DNA of 64,000 nt, from the NCBI GenBank assembly GCA_965248055.1, contig CBDFIJ010000004.1:1440001-1504000 (forward strand), given 5' to 3'. Positions 31,728-41,368 of the stretch are shown piece by piece (the first letter of the stretch is position 1; each line of letters opens with the position of its first letter). Origin of the DNA: Candidatus Multivoradales bacterium. Lineage in GTDB: Bacteria > Acidobacteriota > Thermoanaerobaculia > Multivoradales > JAHEKO01. The position numbers were made by a program, and so were the translations under genes. The notes below the pieces were generated by a model. That model was not told the DNA's origin. It saw nothing but the letters and a program-made list of their open reading frames with translations, and made no database searches.

Positions 31728-33676
31728 AACGGTCGCGAACTCTAGCCGGTTTGTTCGCCGTCGGGCTCACCGTCATCCTGGCCTGCGGGGACGCTCCAGA
31801 AGGTTACGAAAAAACCGTGATCGTCATCGGCATCGACGGCATGGACTGGGATTTCACCCAAAAGATGATCTCCGAAGGTCAGTTGCCGCATCTTGCCAAG
31901 CTGATGATCGAAGGACACGGACAGCCTCTGGAAACTTCAGTGCCACCGCTGTCACCGATCGCTTGGTCTGACTTCATCACCGGCATGGACTCCGGTGGAC
32001 ACGGAATCTTTGACTTTCTGCACCGCGACCCGGAAACCTTGATCCCGGTTTTCGCCATGGCCGAAGCCACCACTGGCAAACCGATGATGACCTTCGGCGA
32101 CTACCAGATTCCCGCTAGCGGTGATTTTCAACTGCTGCGTCGGGGTACCGAGTTTTGGACCACTCTCGAAGAGGCGGGCGTGCCAACCTGGGTTTACCGC
32201 ATGCCGGTCAACTTCCCTCCTTCGGGCACTGCGACCCGGGAACTCTCTGGCATGGGCACGCCGGATCTTCTGGGGACCTACGGCACCTTTACCTTCTACA
32301 CTTCAGCGCTGTTTTTCGACCAGAACGTCAGCGGCGGCGAAGTGTATGGCTTGGATCTGTGGGAGAGCCGCGCCGAAGGTTCGCTCTACGGCCCACCCAA
32401 CCCATTCCGGGTGGACGAGGAAAGGCTGTCGGTACCGTTGGTGGTCTCGTTTGACGAAAAGGAAGAAATCGCCGAAGTCGACATCAACGACGGCGAAAGC
32501 CGAGTGGTTCTGCAACCCGGAGAATGGAGTGATTGGGTCTCGGTCAATTTTGAAATGATCCCCACCCAGACGCTGACCGGATCGACTCGTTTTTACCTGC
32601 GTTCAGTGCGCCCCGAAGTTGAGCTTTACGCCGCACCGTTGCAAATTGACCCGAACGCTCCAGCAATGCCGATCTCGACCCCGGCCAGTCATGCTCAGGA
32701 GTTGGCACAGGCCACCGGCTCGTACTACACCCAAGGCATGCCGGAAGACACCAAGTCGCTCACCGAGGGCGTGTTCAGCCGCGACGAATTCCTGGCCCAA
32801 GCGGGCGTCGCGCACCAAGAGTTAGTCGATCAATACGAATATCTTCTGGATGAGCACCGCGGTGGGTTGTTGTTCTACTACTTCGGCAACCTCGATCAAG
32901 TTTCGCATGTGATGTGGGGTTCGATGGATCCAGAGCATCCGTCCTATGACCCAGAAATCGACCCCAAATACGCCGAGGTGGTCCCCAAGCTCTACCGAGA
33001 AGCGGATCGCATCATCGGCTACACCCTGGACCATATGGCCGAGAACACAACCCTGGTGGTGATGTCCGATCACGGATTCGCCAGTTGGCGTCGTGCGTTC
33101 AACCTCAATTCTTGGCTGCGCGACCGGGGCTATTTGGTGGTCAAAGACAACAACTTGACCAACGAGCCGAGTCTGTTTCACAACGTCGACTGGAGCCAAA
33201 CCCGCGCCTACGGCGCTGGCTTTAACGGCCTCTACATCAATCAACGTGGCCGGGAATCCAGCGGCATCGTCGACCCCTCGGTGACTGACGAGTTGTTGGC
33301 TGAGATCGGCGATCGCTTGTTACAAACCCTCGATCCGGTAACCGAGTTGCCAGCGGTCACCCGCATCTACAAGTCCGATGAATTCTTTCGCGACCGCGGG
33401 CAATTGGAGGTTGGGCCGGACATGTTGGTGGGATACGCCAAGACCGTGCGCGGATCCAATGAAGGCGCCTTGGGGCAACTCACTGCCGACGTCATGTTCG
33501 ACAATATGGGCGAGTGGTCGGGCGATCATGCAATGGACCACACCACCGTGCCCGGCATTTTCTTCAGCAACCGCAAGTTGTCCAAGGAAGCCAACAGCTT
33601 GAAGGATCTAGCGGCCGCAGTGGTCGCGGAATTTGGGGTTGCAGAGTTTCCACCGGCGCCGGACGACAACCGATAA
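31724..33676 (+). CDS. Alkaline phosphatase superfamily (NPP-like) lipoprotein, paralog of the preceding gene
   Basis: Lipobox ILAC; IGIDG, PLSPIAWSDFITG, LDQVSHVMW, VMSDHGF, WSGDHA; ATGA overlap with the upstream gene. Confidence 0.85.
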   Translation: MKRSRTLAGLFAVGLTVILACGDAPEGYEKTVIVIGIDGMDWDFTQKMISEGQLPHLAKLMIEGHGQPLETSVPPLSPIAWSDFITGMDSGGHGIFDFLHRDPETLIPVFAMAEATTGKPMMTFGDYQIPASGDFQLLRRGTEFWTTLEEAGVPTWVYRMPVNFPPSGTATRELSGMGTPDLLGTYGTFTFYTSALFFDQNVSGGEVYGLDLWESRAEGSLYGPPNPFRVDEERLSVPLVVSFDEKEEIAEVDINDGESRVVLQPGEWSDWVSVNFEMIPTQTLTGSTRFYLRSVRPEVELYAAPLQIDPNAPAMPISTPASHAQELAQATGSYYTQGMPEDTKSLTEGVFSRDEFLAQAGVAHQELVDQYEYLLDEHRGGLLFYYFGNLDQVSHVMWGSMDPEHPSYDPEIDPKYAEVVPKLYREADRIIGYTLDHMAENTTLVVMSDHGFASWRRAFNLNSWLRDRGYLVVKDNNLTNEPSLFHNVDWSQTRAYGAGFNGLYINQRGRESSGIVDPSVTDELLAEIGDRLLQTLDPVTELPAVTRIYKSDEFFRDRGQLEVGPDMLVGYAKTVRGSNEGALGQLTADVMFDNMGEWSGDHAMDHTTVPGIFFSNRKLSKEANSLKDLAAAVVAEFGVAEFPPAPDDNR

Positions 33677-33698
33677 AGATTGGACCAAGGAGATCAAC

Positions 33699-33896
33699 GT
33701 GCTCGGAGCCTACGAAAAAGTCAAACTCGACAAAGAACTGATGGCCAAGATCCGCCGCTACGCGGAGCTGGCTGGCTATTCATCGCCCGCGGAGTTCATT
33801 ACCCACGCGTTGGAGAAGGAACTCTCACAGCTAGAAGACGCGACCTCGGAAGAAGAGATTAAGAAGCGACTTCAGGGGCTGGGCTACATCTCCTAA
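33699..33896 (+). CDS. Small hypothetical protein (65 aa), ribbon-helix-helix-like N-terminus and RLQGLGYI tail
   Basis: GTG at 33699 after AAGGAG; KVKLDKELMAKIRRYAELAGYSSPAEFITHALEKEL...EEEIKKRLQGLGYIS. Confidence 0.75.
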   Translation: MLGAYEKVKLDKELMAKIRRYAELAGYSSPAEFITHALEKELSQLEDATSEEEIKKRLQGLGYIS

Positions 33897-33950
33897 GGCT
33901 ATGCCTTCTAAGGTGATATTTTCTAAGGATTACGCGAGTCGAATCTAGTT

Positions 33951-34772
33951 ATGAACGCAGTAAACGCGATTTTGGCACGTCTGGTTGACGCAGCGTTGGC
34001 CCCGATGGCGGCTTGGCCCTGGTGGGTTGGGGTCGCCGTGGTCACCTTTGTCATCACCTTGATCGCCATGCCGATCATCAAGTGGACCCTCAATCCCAGT
34101 CTTGCAGATCGCATGAAGCGCAACCTGCACGCCTCGATCTTCGAACTGCGTCTGTTCAACGACAGCCTGCCGGCAACCTTCAGGGCAATCTTTGGCATGC
34201 TGCGCTGGACCGGCGGTTATCTGGGCTCCTGGTTGTTGCCAATCTTGATCATGGCGGTACCCATGCTGCCGCTGTTTTCCCATCTGCATGCCCACTACGG
34301 CTATCAGGGTCTCGAAATCGGCGAGCCGGTGACCGTCACCGCCAAGATCGACACAGAGAGCTTTTCTTTGGAAGACCATGCAAAGCCCAACCTGCAGCTC
34401 ATCGCTTCTGACGGTGTGGAGATAGAAACCCCAGCTCTGTGGGTCGCCACGCGCAAAGAGGCAATCTGGCGCATCCACCCCACCGTCAGCGGCGAGCATC
34501 AACTCACGGTCAAGGTCAACGGCGAAGAAGCCACCAAAACCCTGGCAGTGCTGGATGGCACCGCCCGTAGATCTCCAGTGCGACCGGGCAATTTCCTCGA
34601 TCAACTGCTCTACCCCTCAGAGCCCTCTCTAAACGGCGCGGTTAAGGAAATCTCCGTGCCCTATCCAGAAACCCCGATCGTCCTACTCCTGCCCCTGTGG
34701 GTTTGGGCCCTGCTGCTGTTTTCGATTCCCATCGCCTTGCTGCTGAAAAAGCCGTTTAAGGTCGAGTTCTAG
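33951..34772 (+). CDS. Membrane protein, possibly DUF106/EMC3/TMCO1-like
   Basis: Amphipathic helix, TM1, helical linker, TM2, inserted beta-rich soluble domain and C-terminal TM ending in LLKKPFKVEF; family call is by eye. Confidence 0.55.
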   Translation: MNAVNAILARLVDAALAPMAAWPWWVGVAVVTFVITLIAMPIIKWTLNPSLADRMKRNLHASIFELRLFNDSLPATFRAIFGMLRWTGGYLGSWLLPILIMAVPMLPLFSHLHAHYGYQGLEIGEPVTVTAKIDTESFSLEDHAKPNLQLIASDGVEIETPALWVATRKEAIWRIHPTVSGEHQLTVKVNGEEATKTLAVLDGTARRSPVRPGNFLDQLLYPSEPSLNGAVKEISVPYPETPIVLLLPLWVWALLLFSIPIALLLKKPFKVEF

Positions 34773-34962
34773 TCTCGACCTACTCATCGTTTCTTGTCAT
34801 CCGAAGGCCTTTCGTCGGAAGGCAGACAAGTGTCGCGTCCGACCGGAAGGACAAGACTCTGCGAAGCAACCCCTGCCCGGTACCAGCGGCTGAGACAAAT
34901 CGGAGACTAAACAACCAGCCAGCATTCGGACCATAAGTAACAACAGGACAGGAGACCTCCGT

Positions 34963-36498
34963 ATGCCAAAGAGAACGAAACTACGCAATCTCAACAAGGG
35001 TTCTCGATATCGGATCGCACGTGAATGCAAAGGGATACATGTCGATCCACAAACTGCCTTCGTTGGCGGTGCGCACTCGATTGGAATCGGTCGCAAAATC
35101 ACAGCTGGAAGACCGACCAACCAATTAGCAATCCGCCACTATGTGGAGAAGAAACTGCCCGAGAGCCAGCTTTCCGCCGAACAAGCATTGCCTAAGACCT
35201 ACCGGTTCTACTCGCGATCAGAAGACCGTAACGTCTCGATTACCACTGATGTCATTGAAAGCCCGCGCCCTGAGCTGGAGGTTGACCCCAAAGACCGACT
35301 TCGCCCGGCGCCGGGAGGCTGCAGTATTGGAACACCACCTCCACCAGGGTTTGCCAACGCTGGGACTCTCGGTGGATGGGTCTGGGATCTAGAGGACGAC
35401 AGCATCGTTATGCTGAGTAATGAGCACGTCCTCGGGACCACCGCAGGAGTCGGAATCGTGCAGCCAGGAACACTCGATGGTGGCGTCTTTCCTGGGGACA
35501 GAATCGGCGAGGTAAAACGAGGTATTCCGCGTTCCACAACAGCAGTCAATACCGTCGACTGCGCGATCGGAGATCCACAATCAACCGACATCTACCAGGC
35601 CCAAGTTATTGATATTGGGCACGCTGTCTACGCGACCGAAATCGCTGCGTTGGATATGAAAGTCGAAAAATTCGGTCGTACCACCGAGCGCACCTTCGGC
35701 GAAGTCACGGATATCGACGTAACAACTTCGCTATCCAGCGGGCACACGTTCACCGATTGCATCCGTGTCGATGCAATCAGCCCAAGCCCCGACTGGTCTG
35801 CTGGCGGCGATTCGGGTTCCTTGGTGTTCTCGCGCATGACGATTGAGGACTCTGAGGTCAAGCCGGTCATCGGGCTCCACTTTGCCGGTGCTAGCACTCA
35901 CGGAATCGAATGCAAAATTCAAAACGTCTTTTCGGCACTCAATCTCACCACGCTTTGCAGTGGAGCCTTCGCCGTGTTCTTGGACTCCCTCTTCGACGCC
36001 GAAGTTACCGGCGAACTAACACAAGCATCGGAACTCAGCCTCGAGGGCTTGGGGAATACCGCCGCTCGTAGGCCGTTGGGGATGATTCCCCCTACCTTGA
36101 TCCGCAAAGACCGAGAGCTACTTCGTTCAACGCGATTTTTCGGTGGTATCTCTCGAGACCTTCAAAGCCGACTTAGCACATCCGTAAGAGGTCGCCAGAT
36201 CACCCAATTAGTCGATCACCATCGCGGTGAACTACTCGACCTATTGATATCCAACGGTGATGTACGCCGGTCCGTTGTTGCAGCCTTCAGGCCGTTGGTC
36301 GCAGGCGCAATCACGACTTCTGATGTCTTCAATCGCACAGTGACCGACCGTGACATCGACAATCTGCAGAAACTCTCGGTCGAAGTCATGAAGGTAGTCT
36401 CCAGTACCAAACTGAAAGCATCGCTTAAAATGCTGCAAGCAGTCGGCGCTAAGGCTGAAGGAAAACGGCTTGGTCAGATTTTCGGCATCAAAGGTTAG
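34963..36498 (+). CDS. Trypsin-like (S1, Nal1-like) serine protease with N-terminal pro-like domain and C-terminal helical domain
   Basis: GTLGGWV, LSNEHVL (His), VDCAI (Asp), KFGRTT, GGDSGSL (Ser), IGLHFAG. Confidence 0.85.
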   Translation: MPKRTKLRNLNKGSRYRIARECKGIHVDPQTAFVGGAHSIGIGRKITAGRPTNQLAIRHYVEKKLPESQLSAEQALPKTYRFYSRSEDRNVSITTDVIESPRPELEVDPKDRLRPAPGGCSIGTPPPPGFANAGTLGGWVWDLEDDSIVMLSNEHVLGTTAGVGIVQPGTLDGGVFPGDRIGEVKRGIPRSTTAVNTVDCAIGDPQSTDIYQAQVIDIGHAVYATEIAALDMKVEKFGRTTERTFGEVTDIDVTTSLSSGHTFTDCIRVDAISPSPDWSAGGDSGSLVFSRMTIEDSEVKPVIGLHFAGASTHGIECKIQNVFSALNLTTLCSGAFAVFLDSLFDAEVTGELTQASELSLEGLGNTAARRPLGMIPPTLIRKDRELLRSTRFFGGISRDLQSRLSTSVRGRQITQLVDHHRGELLDLLISNGDVRRSVVAAFRPLVAGAITTSDVFNRTVTDRDIDNLQKLSVEVMKVVSSTKLKASLKMLQAVGAKAEGKRLGQIFGIKG

Positions 36499-36943
36499 GT
36501 CAATTCGTGTCATCGCGATCGGCGTCATTGTTGTATCAATCTGTTTGGCCTGTGGAAGAAGCCACCCGAGCGATGTAACTACCAACCATCAACAGACGAC
36601 GGAATCCACTGCCGGAACTGGAAAGGAAGTAGTCGCGATGAAGGAGAGTCCAGATTACGAAGTCATTCGCGCCTTTAAGAATCGAAACGCGATCGAACTT
36701 CTCAACAAATACGGCGCACATAGCCTTGGTATCCGCTGGAAGACGGAAGACGGTACGAAAACGAATCAACTGGCGTTGGCGTTCTACGTCGATCCCTTGG
36801 AGACAGAACAGACCATAGAGTCTGTAAGGATTCGTGAGCCGATTCCATCATCTTTTGAGTTTCAGCTGATGCCTGGCGAGGCGAAAATACAAATCCCCAC
36901 AGAGGTGATCCTAGATTCACGCCCACACTTTGAAGAAGAGTGA
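36470..36943 (+). CDS. Putative lipoprotein homologous to the N-terminal domain of the upstream protease
   Basis: Lipobox CLAC; GAHSLGIRWKTEDGTKTNQLALAFYVD aligns with the protease segment GAHSIGIGRKITAGRPTNQLAIRHYVE; start uncertain. Confidence 0.75.
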   Translation: MVRFSASKVRSIRVIAIGVIVVSICLACGRSHPSDVTTNHQQTTESTAGTGKEVVAMKESPDYEVIRAFKNRNAIELLNKYGAHSLGIRWKTEDGTKTNQLALAFYVDPLETEQTIESVRIREPIPSSFEFQLMPGEAKIQIPTEVILDSRPHFEEE

Positions 36944-37184
36944 TCTGAACGAGGCGACCTAGAGTTGACGGTTGCTAGCTAGTCCACTTAAATCTGCGGC
37001 AAGATTGACTTGCTCATCAGGATTGTCAGCCAACCATAACTCGGTTTCTTGGATCGGAATCGCCCTGGGTTGGCATCGGCGTAACAACGAAGTGTCATCC
37101 GCGGTTTGAACAGATGAGCCATCCTCTTTTTTGCAACCTATTGGGGTGGTGGCACCGGTGATCTATGTGTAGTGTTCTTTACCA

Positions 37185-38522
37185 ATGCCGCCCTCTCAAC
37201 TCCCAAGCATCCCGGTCCAACCAGGTCGTGTTGAGAGGGGCCGACAACGATTACCCAACCGGCGGGCGGTGATCGCCTATTGGAGCTTTGCCCACTTCAG
37301 CTTGGCCACCGCTCTGCTCGCGCTGGTCCTGTGGCCAGAGTCGTTCGCCGGGTTTCACTATCACCCGAAGATGGTGGCGGTGGTGCATCTGGTGACCCTG
37401 GGATGGGTGACTTGCTCGATTTTTGGTGCGCTGCACATGGTGGCGCCGATGGCGCTGCGCTCGCCGGTGCGACCTCGGCCCATAGACCTTTGGGGATTCG
37501 CCCTGGTGGCGATCGGCATCGTCGGAATGGTGGCGCATTTTTGGCTCGACACCTCCTCCGGGATGGCGTGGTCGGCGGGCACCGTGGTTGCCGGTTTTCT
37601 GGTCCCGGTTCTGAGATTCTGGCGCGCGGTTACACGGGCGACGATACCGGCCGAGGTCAAGATCCATTTCTACTTTGCGTTCGCCAACCTGGGGCTGGCG
37701 GCGGGCGCAGGGTTGGCCTTGGGAATCCACAAGAACGCGCCGTTCTTGCCCGGTACCCACCTGTCCAATGTTTGGGCTCACGCCCATCTAGCGGCGCTGG
37801 GATGGGCGACGATGATGGTGTTCGCGGTGGGCTATCGGCTGCTGCCGATGTTTCTACCCGCGGCGATGCCGACTGGCAGGGGAGTTTGGTCGTCGGCGTT
37901 GCTTCTGGAAGTAGGGACCCTGGGACTGGCGGTGACCTTGGCACTAGAGAATCGCTGGGCGATCTTTTTCTCTCTGATCGTGGTGTCTGCATTTGCCGCC
38001 TTTGCGGGCCGGGTGGTTTGGATGCTGCGACACCGCAAGCCTGATCCCAAACAACTGATCCGACCAGACTGGGCCACCGTGCAAGCCCTGACCGCCATCG
38101 GCTACTTGTTGATTTCTGCGGTGCTCGGATGTGCGTTATTGATTGCGCCTCCAGCAGCCTGGAAGATCGGTGCTGCAATGGCCTTCGGCACGGTGTTCTT
38201 AATCGGATTTCTGGCGCAAATGGTGGTGGGGGTAGCCGGACGACTGTTCCCCTTAGCGACCTGGTTGTGGTCTTTTGCTGACAGTGACTACCAACAGCCT
38301 CCACCGTCCCCTTTGGCGGTCACTCCCCGTGCTCTTCAAGCCTTGGTGCTGGGTTTGTGGATTCTCGGTGTACCTGTTTTGACCCTCGGTCTCGCGACCA
38401 CATCCCTAGCCGGTATTCGAATCGGGGCCGTCTGCCTGTTGCTGGGAACACTGGCGAGCGCACTGGCGATGCGCGTGTCCGGCTGGCAACTTCAAGCCGC
38501 GCAGTCGCATACCGTTGACTAG
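37185..38522 (+). CDS. Polytopic membrane protein (about 12 TM) with repeated His-containing helices (NnrS / heme-copper oxidase subunit I-like)
   Basis: Threefold internal repeat HLVTLGW, HAHLAALGW..GYRLLPMF, FLIGFLAQMVVG..RLFP. Confidence 0.6.
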   Translation: MPPSQLPSIPVQPGRVERGRQRLPNRRAVIAYWSFAHFSLATALLALVLWPESFAGFHYHPKMVAVVHLVTLGWVTCSIFGALHMVAPMALRSPVRPRPIDLWGFALVAIGIVGMVAHFWLDTSSGMAWSAGTVVAGFLVPVLRFWRAVTRATIPAEVKIHFYFAFANLGLAAGAGLALGIHKNAPFLPGTHLSNVWAHAHLAALGWATMMVFAVGYRLLPMFLPAAMPTGRGVWSSALLLEVGTLGLAVTLALENRWAIFFSLIVVSAFAAFAGRVVWMLRHRKPDPKQLIRPDWATVQALTAIGYLLISAVLGCALLIAPPAAWKIGAAMAFGTVFLIGFLAQMVVGVAGRLFPLATWLWSFADSDYQQPPPSPLAVTPRALQALVLGLWILGVPVLTLGLATTSLAGIRIGAVCLLLGTLASALAMRVSGWQLQAAQSHTVD

Positions 38523-40009
38523 TTCACGTAACCCAAAGCCTCAAGCCGCTTCCGAGTCTTCTTGTCCAAGTCTTGACGCTGGCTGGCACGACCGTAGCCC
38601 GGCCAGGCTTCCAGGTCCGCGCGCATCGTGGCAACTTGCTCGGGAAGATCAGCAGCAAGATTGACTTGCTCATCGGGATCGTCAGCCAACCGATAGAGCT
38701 CAGTTTCTTGAATCGAAATTGCCCCAGGGTCGGCATCGGGATAGCAACGAAGGCCGACGTTCTCGGGGTTGACGACCAAACGCCATCCGCGGTCTTGAAC
38801 TGTCCAGATCGGGTAGGTATCGAAAGCGCTGAATGCCGCTTCGGTTTTGGATTCTGGGTCCAGCAAGTTGGCTCCGGGTATTTCGTTGGCTTCTTCGGCA
38901 GTGTTCTCCCCAGCAGTGTCCTTCCCGGCACTGGCCTCTTCAGCACTGTCCACCGCAGCAGTGCCCACCCCGACACGGCTCACCCCAACCAAATCCAAAA
39001 TGGTCGCCGCCAGGGCGCGGGTCTCGACCAGATGCCTGATCCTGCGTGGCTTCAAGCCAGGAACCCGGATCGCCAACGGAACGCGCAATCCGGCCCGATA
39101 AGAGGAGCAGGCGTGAAAAAAATATCCATCGTGATCGCCCAGTTCTTCTCCATGATCTGCCGACAACACCACCACGGCTTGTTTGAGCGGGCCATCGAGT
39201 AGGGAAAAGACTCTTCGGAGCCGCAAGTCCGCCTGCCATACTGCGCCATCGTAGAGCGCTTCGAGGTAGGAAAGATCCTCTTCATCGGCACTTCTCTCTC
39301 TAGAGAGTCGGTCGAGAACCCTGTTGCTCGCCTTGACCGGACCTCTGTAGTCGGGAAACTTGCGCTGTGCGTGGCCGCGCCCCGGCATGTAGGGACCATG
39401 GGCGGCAAACAGATGAATCCACACCAACTTGGGCTCCTGACTCTCACTTTTTAGCACCTGCATCGCAGCATCGATCACTCGAGAGTCTTTGCTCTGGAAG
39501 CACTCCATAGTGTCCCATTCAAATTGCTCCAGTACCTTGCAGCCGTTAGCAGAGATCGCGTGGGTCGAGTAGCCAGCCCGCTTCATCGCCGAGACCAAAT
39601 TGGCCGGCATCGGCTTGTGGGCTTTGTAGCCGTTGGCCACCACCCCGTGCTGATAGGTGTGCAATCCGGTCAGCATCGAGGCCAAGCTGGGCTCAGTCAG
39701 AGCACGGGAAGCAAGCGCCTCCTCAAAAACCACCGCTTGCGCCAAGAACGCATCGATCCCGGGAGTTTTGGCCTGATCGTAGCCGTACCCGCCAACCCGG
39801 TCAGCGCGCACGGTGTCCAAGGTGATCACGACAACGTCAGCGTTCTTAGCAATCCCTGACAGGGAGTCCTTCGAGCTACAAGCCGACCCTGCCACTGTCA
39901 CCAGTAGAAATGCCGCCAGGACCAGCCCCAGACCGGGCGCTGGCCTCAGACCCGCCCCTCGCACCGGCGCCATCTCGGGCTGTGTCCTGGGTCGAAAGGG
40001 CAACTTCAC
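38519..40009 (-). CDS. Sulfatase-like hydrolase (alkaline phosphatase superfamily), probable lipoprotein
   Basis: VITLDTVRADR, LTEPSLASMLTG, WIHLFAAHGPY, YDGAV, SADHGEE, ELYRLADDPDEQVNL, tail RLEALGYV. Confidence 0.85.
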   Translation of the reverse strand: MKLPFRPRTQPEMAPVRGAGLRPAPGLGLVLAAFLLVTVAGSACSSKDSLSGIAKNADVVVITLDTVRADRVGGYGYDQAKTPGIDAFLAQAVVFEEALASRALTEPSLASMLTGLHTYQHGVVANGYKAHKPMPANLVSAMKRAGYSTHAISANGCKVLEQFEWDTMECFQSKDSRVIDAAMQVLKSESQEPKLVWIHLFAAHGPYMPGRGHAQRKFPDYRGPVKASNRVLDRLSRERSADEEDLSYLEALYDGAVWQADLRLRRVFSLLDGPLKQAVVVLSADHGEELGDHDGYFFHACSSYRAGLRVPLAIRVPGLKPRRIRHLVETRALAATILDLVGVSRVGVGTAAVDSAEEASAGKDTAGENTAEEANEIPGANLLDPESKTEAAFSAFDTYPIWTVQDRGWRLVVNPENVGLRCYPDADPGAISIQETELYRLADDPDEQVNLAADLPEQVATMRADLEAWPGYGRASQRQDLDKKTRKRLEALGYVN

Positions 40010-40033
40010 GAATTCGATTTCACGAACTCAACT

Positions 40034-41017
40034 TCACGAATTCAGCAACTCTTCGACGGCGGCACGCTCTTCGCGCAATTCTCGATCGGTAGCGTCCATC
40101 CGCTGGCGACTGAATTCGTCGACATCCAATCCCTGAACCACTTGGTAGTCGCCACCTTGGCAGCTCACCGGAAAGGAATACACCACTCCCGGCTCGATGC
40201 CGTAGCTGCCGTTCGCCGGGATCGCCATCGAAACCCAGTCGCCTTCAGCGGTGCCGAAGGTCCAGGTGCGCATATGGTCGATCGCCGCTGACGCCGCTGA
40301 CGCCGCCGAAGAAGCGCCCCGAGCCTGAATAATCTCAGCGCCGCGCTTCTGCACCCGCGGAATAAATTCCTCTCGGGTCCAATCCTGGTCCACCAACTCG
40401 CTGGCCGCTCGATCGTCGACCGTAGCGTGAGAAATATCCGGGTATTGACTGGCTGAATGATTGCCCCAGATGGTCATCTTGCGCACATCGTTGGAGTGGG
40501 TTCCGGTCTTGGCGGCCAATTGACCCTTAGCCCGATTGTGGTCGAGTCGCGTCATGGCGGTGAACTGGCGCGGGTCCAAGTCTGGGGCGTTGTCGGCGGC
40601 GATCAAGCAATTGGTGTTGGCCGGATTGCCGACCACCAAGACTCGAACGTCTTTTGAGGCGCAGTCATTGATCGCTTTACCCTGCGGGCCAAAGATCTTG
40701 CCGTTGGCGCCCAAGAGATCGGCCCGCTCCATCCCCGCGCCACGCGGCCGGGCGCCGACCAACAGGGCGTAGTCAGCGTCTTGAAACCCTTCGCTCAAGT
40801 CAGCGGTGGCGACGATGCCCGCCAGCAGCGGAAAAGCACAGTCATTGAGCTCCATCACTACGCCGTTAAGTGCGTTCAGAGCGGGCGGAATTTCGATCAA
40901 ATGCAGAATGATTGGTTGGTCGGGGCCGAGCATGTCGCCAGCGGCAATGCGGAAGGTCAATGCGTAGCCAATGTTTCCAGCCGCCCCCGTGATGGCAACG
41001 CGAACAGGGGTTTTCAT
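40034..41017 (-). CDS. mdh: Malate dehydrogenase
   Basis: [58 protein letters not shown]. Confidence 0.97.
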   Translation of the reverse strand: MKTPVRVAITGAAGNIGYALTFRIAAGDMLGPDQPIILHLIEIPPALNALNGVVMELNDCAFPLLAGIVATADLSEGFQDADYALLVGARPRGAGMERADLLGANGKIFGPQGKAINDCASKDVRVLVVGNPANTNCLIAADNAPDLDPRQFTAMTRLDHNRAKGQLAAKTGTHSNDVRKMTIWGNHSASQYPDISHATVDDRAASELVDQDWTREEFIPRVQKRGAEIIQARGASSAASAASAAIDHMRTWTFGTAEGDWVSMAIPANGSYGIEPGVVYSFPVSCQGGDYQVVQGLDVDEFSRQRMDATDRELREERAAVEELLNS

Positions 41018-41368
41018 AGTTAGTGTCTCCTTGAGATGAGCTGAATAAGTACCTCGGTGAACGAGGCCATCAAGTTTACTGATGATAACGAACCTGACTT
41101 TTCAGCGCTCGGCTTTAGACCCCCGGTAGGAACAAAACTCAACCTCTGAAACAGAAAAATGCCGTCCGACCTTGGGCCCAACGGCGTACTCGAGCAGCTT
41201 AAGCACCGACAGGGCCTCTGAACCACGTAATTCAGCGTCAACTACCAGGGCACCTTCCGCCATTGCGAGATCTTCGATGGTCGTGCTCTGGGGATCGAAA
41301 TGCCATAGCGATTGAGGCTTTTGGACGCTTCCGATCTAGCCCCTATGAAGTCTCTATTGCTGCCCAAT

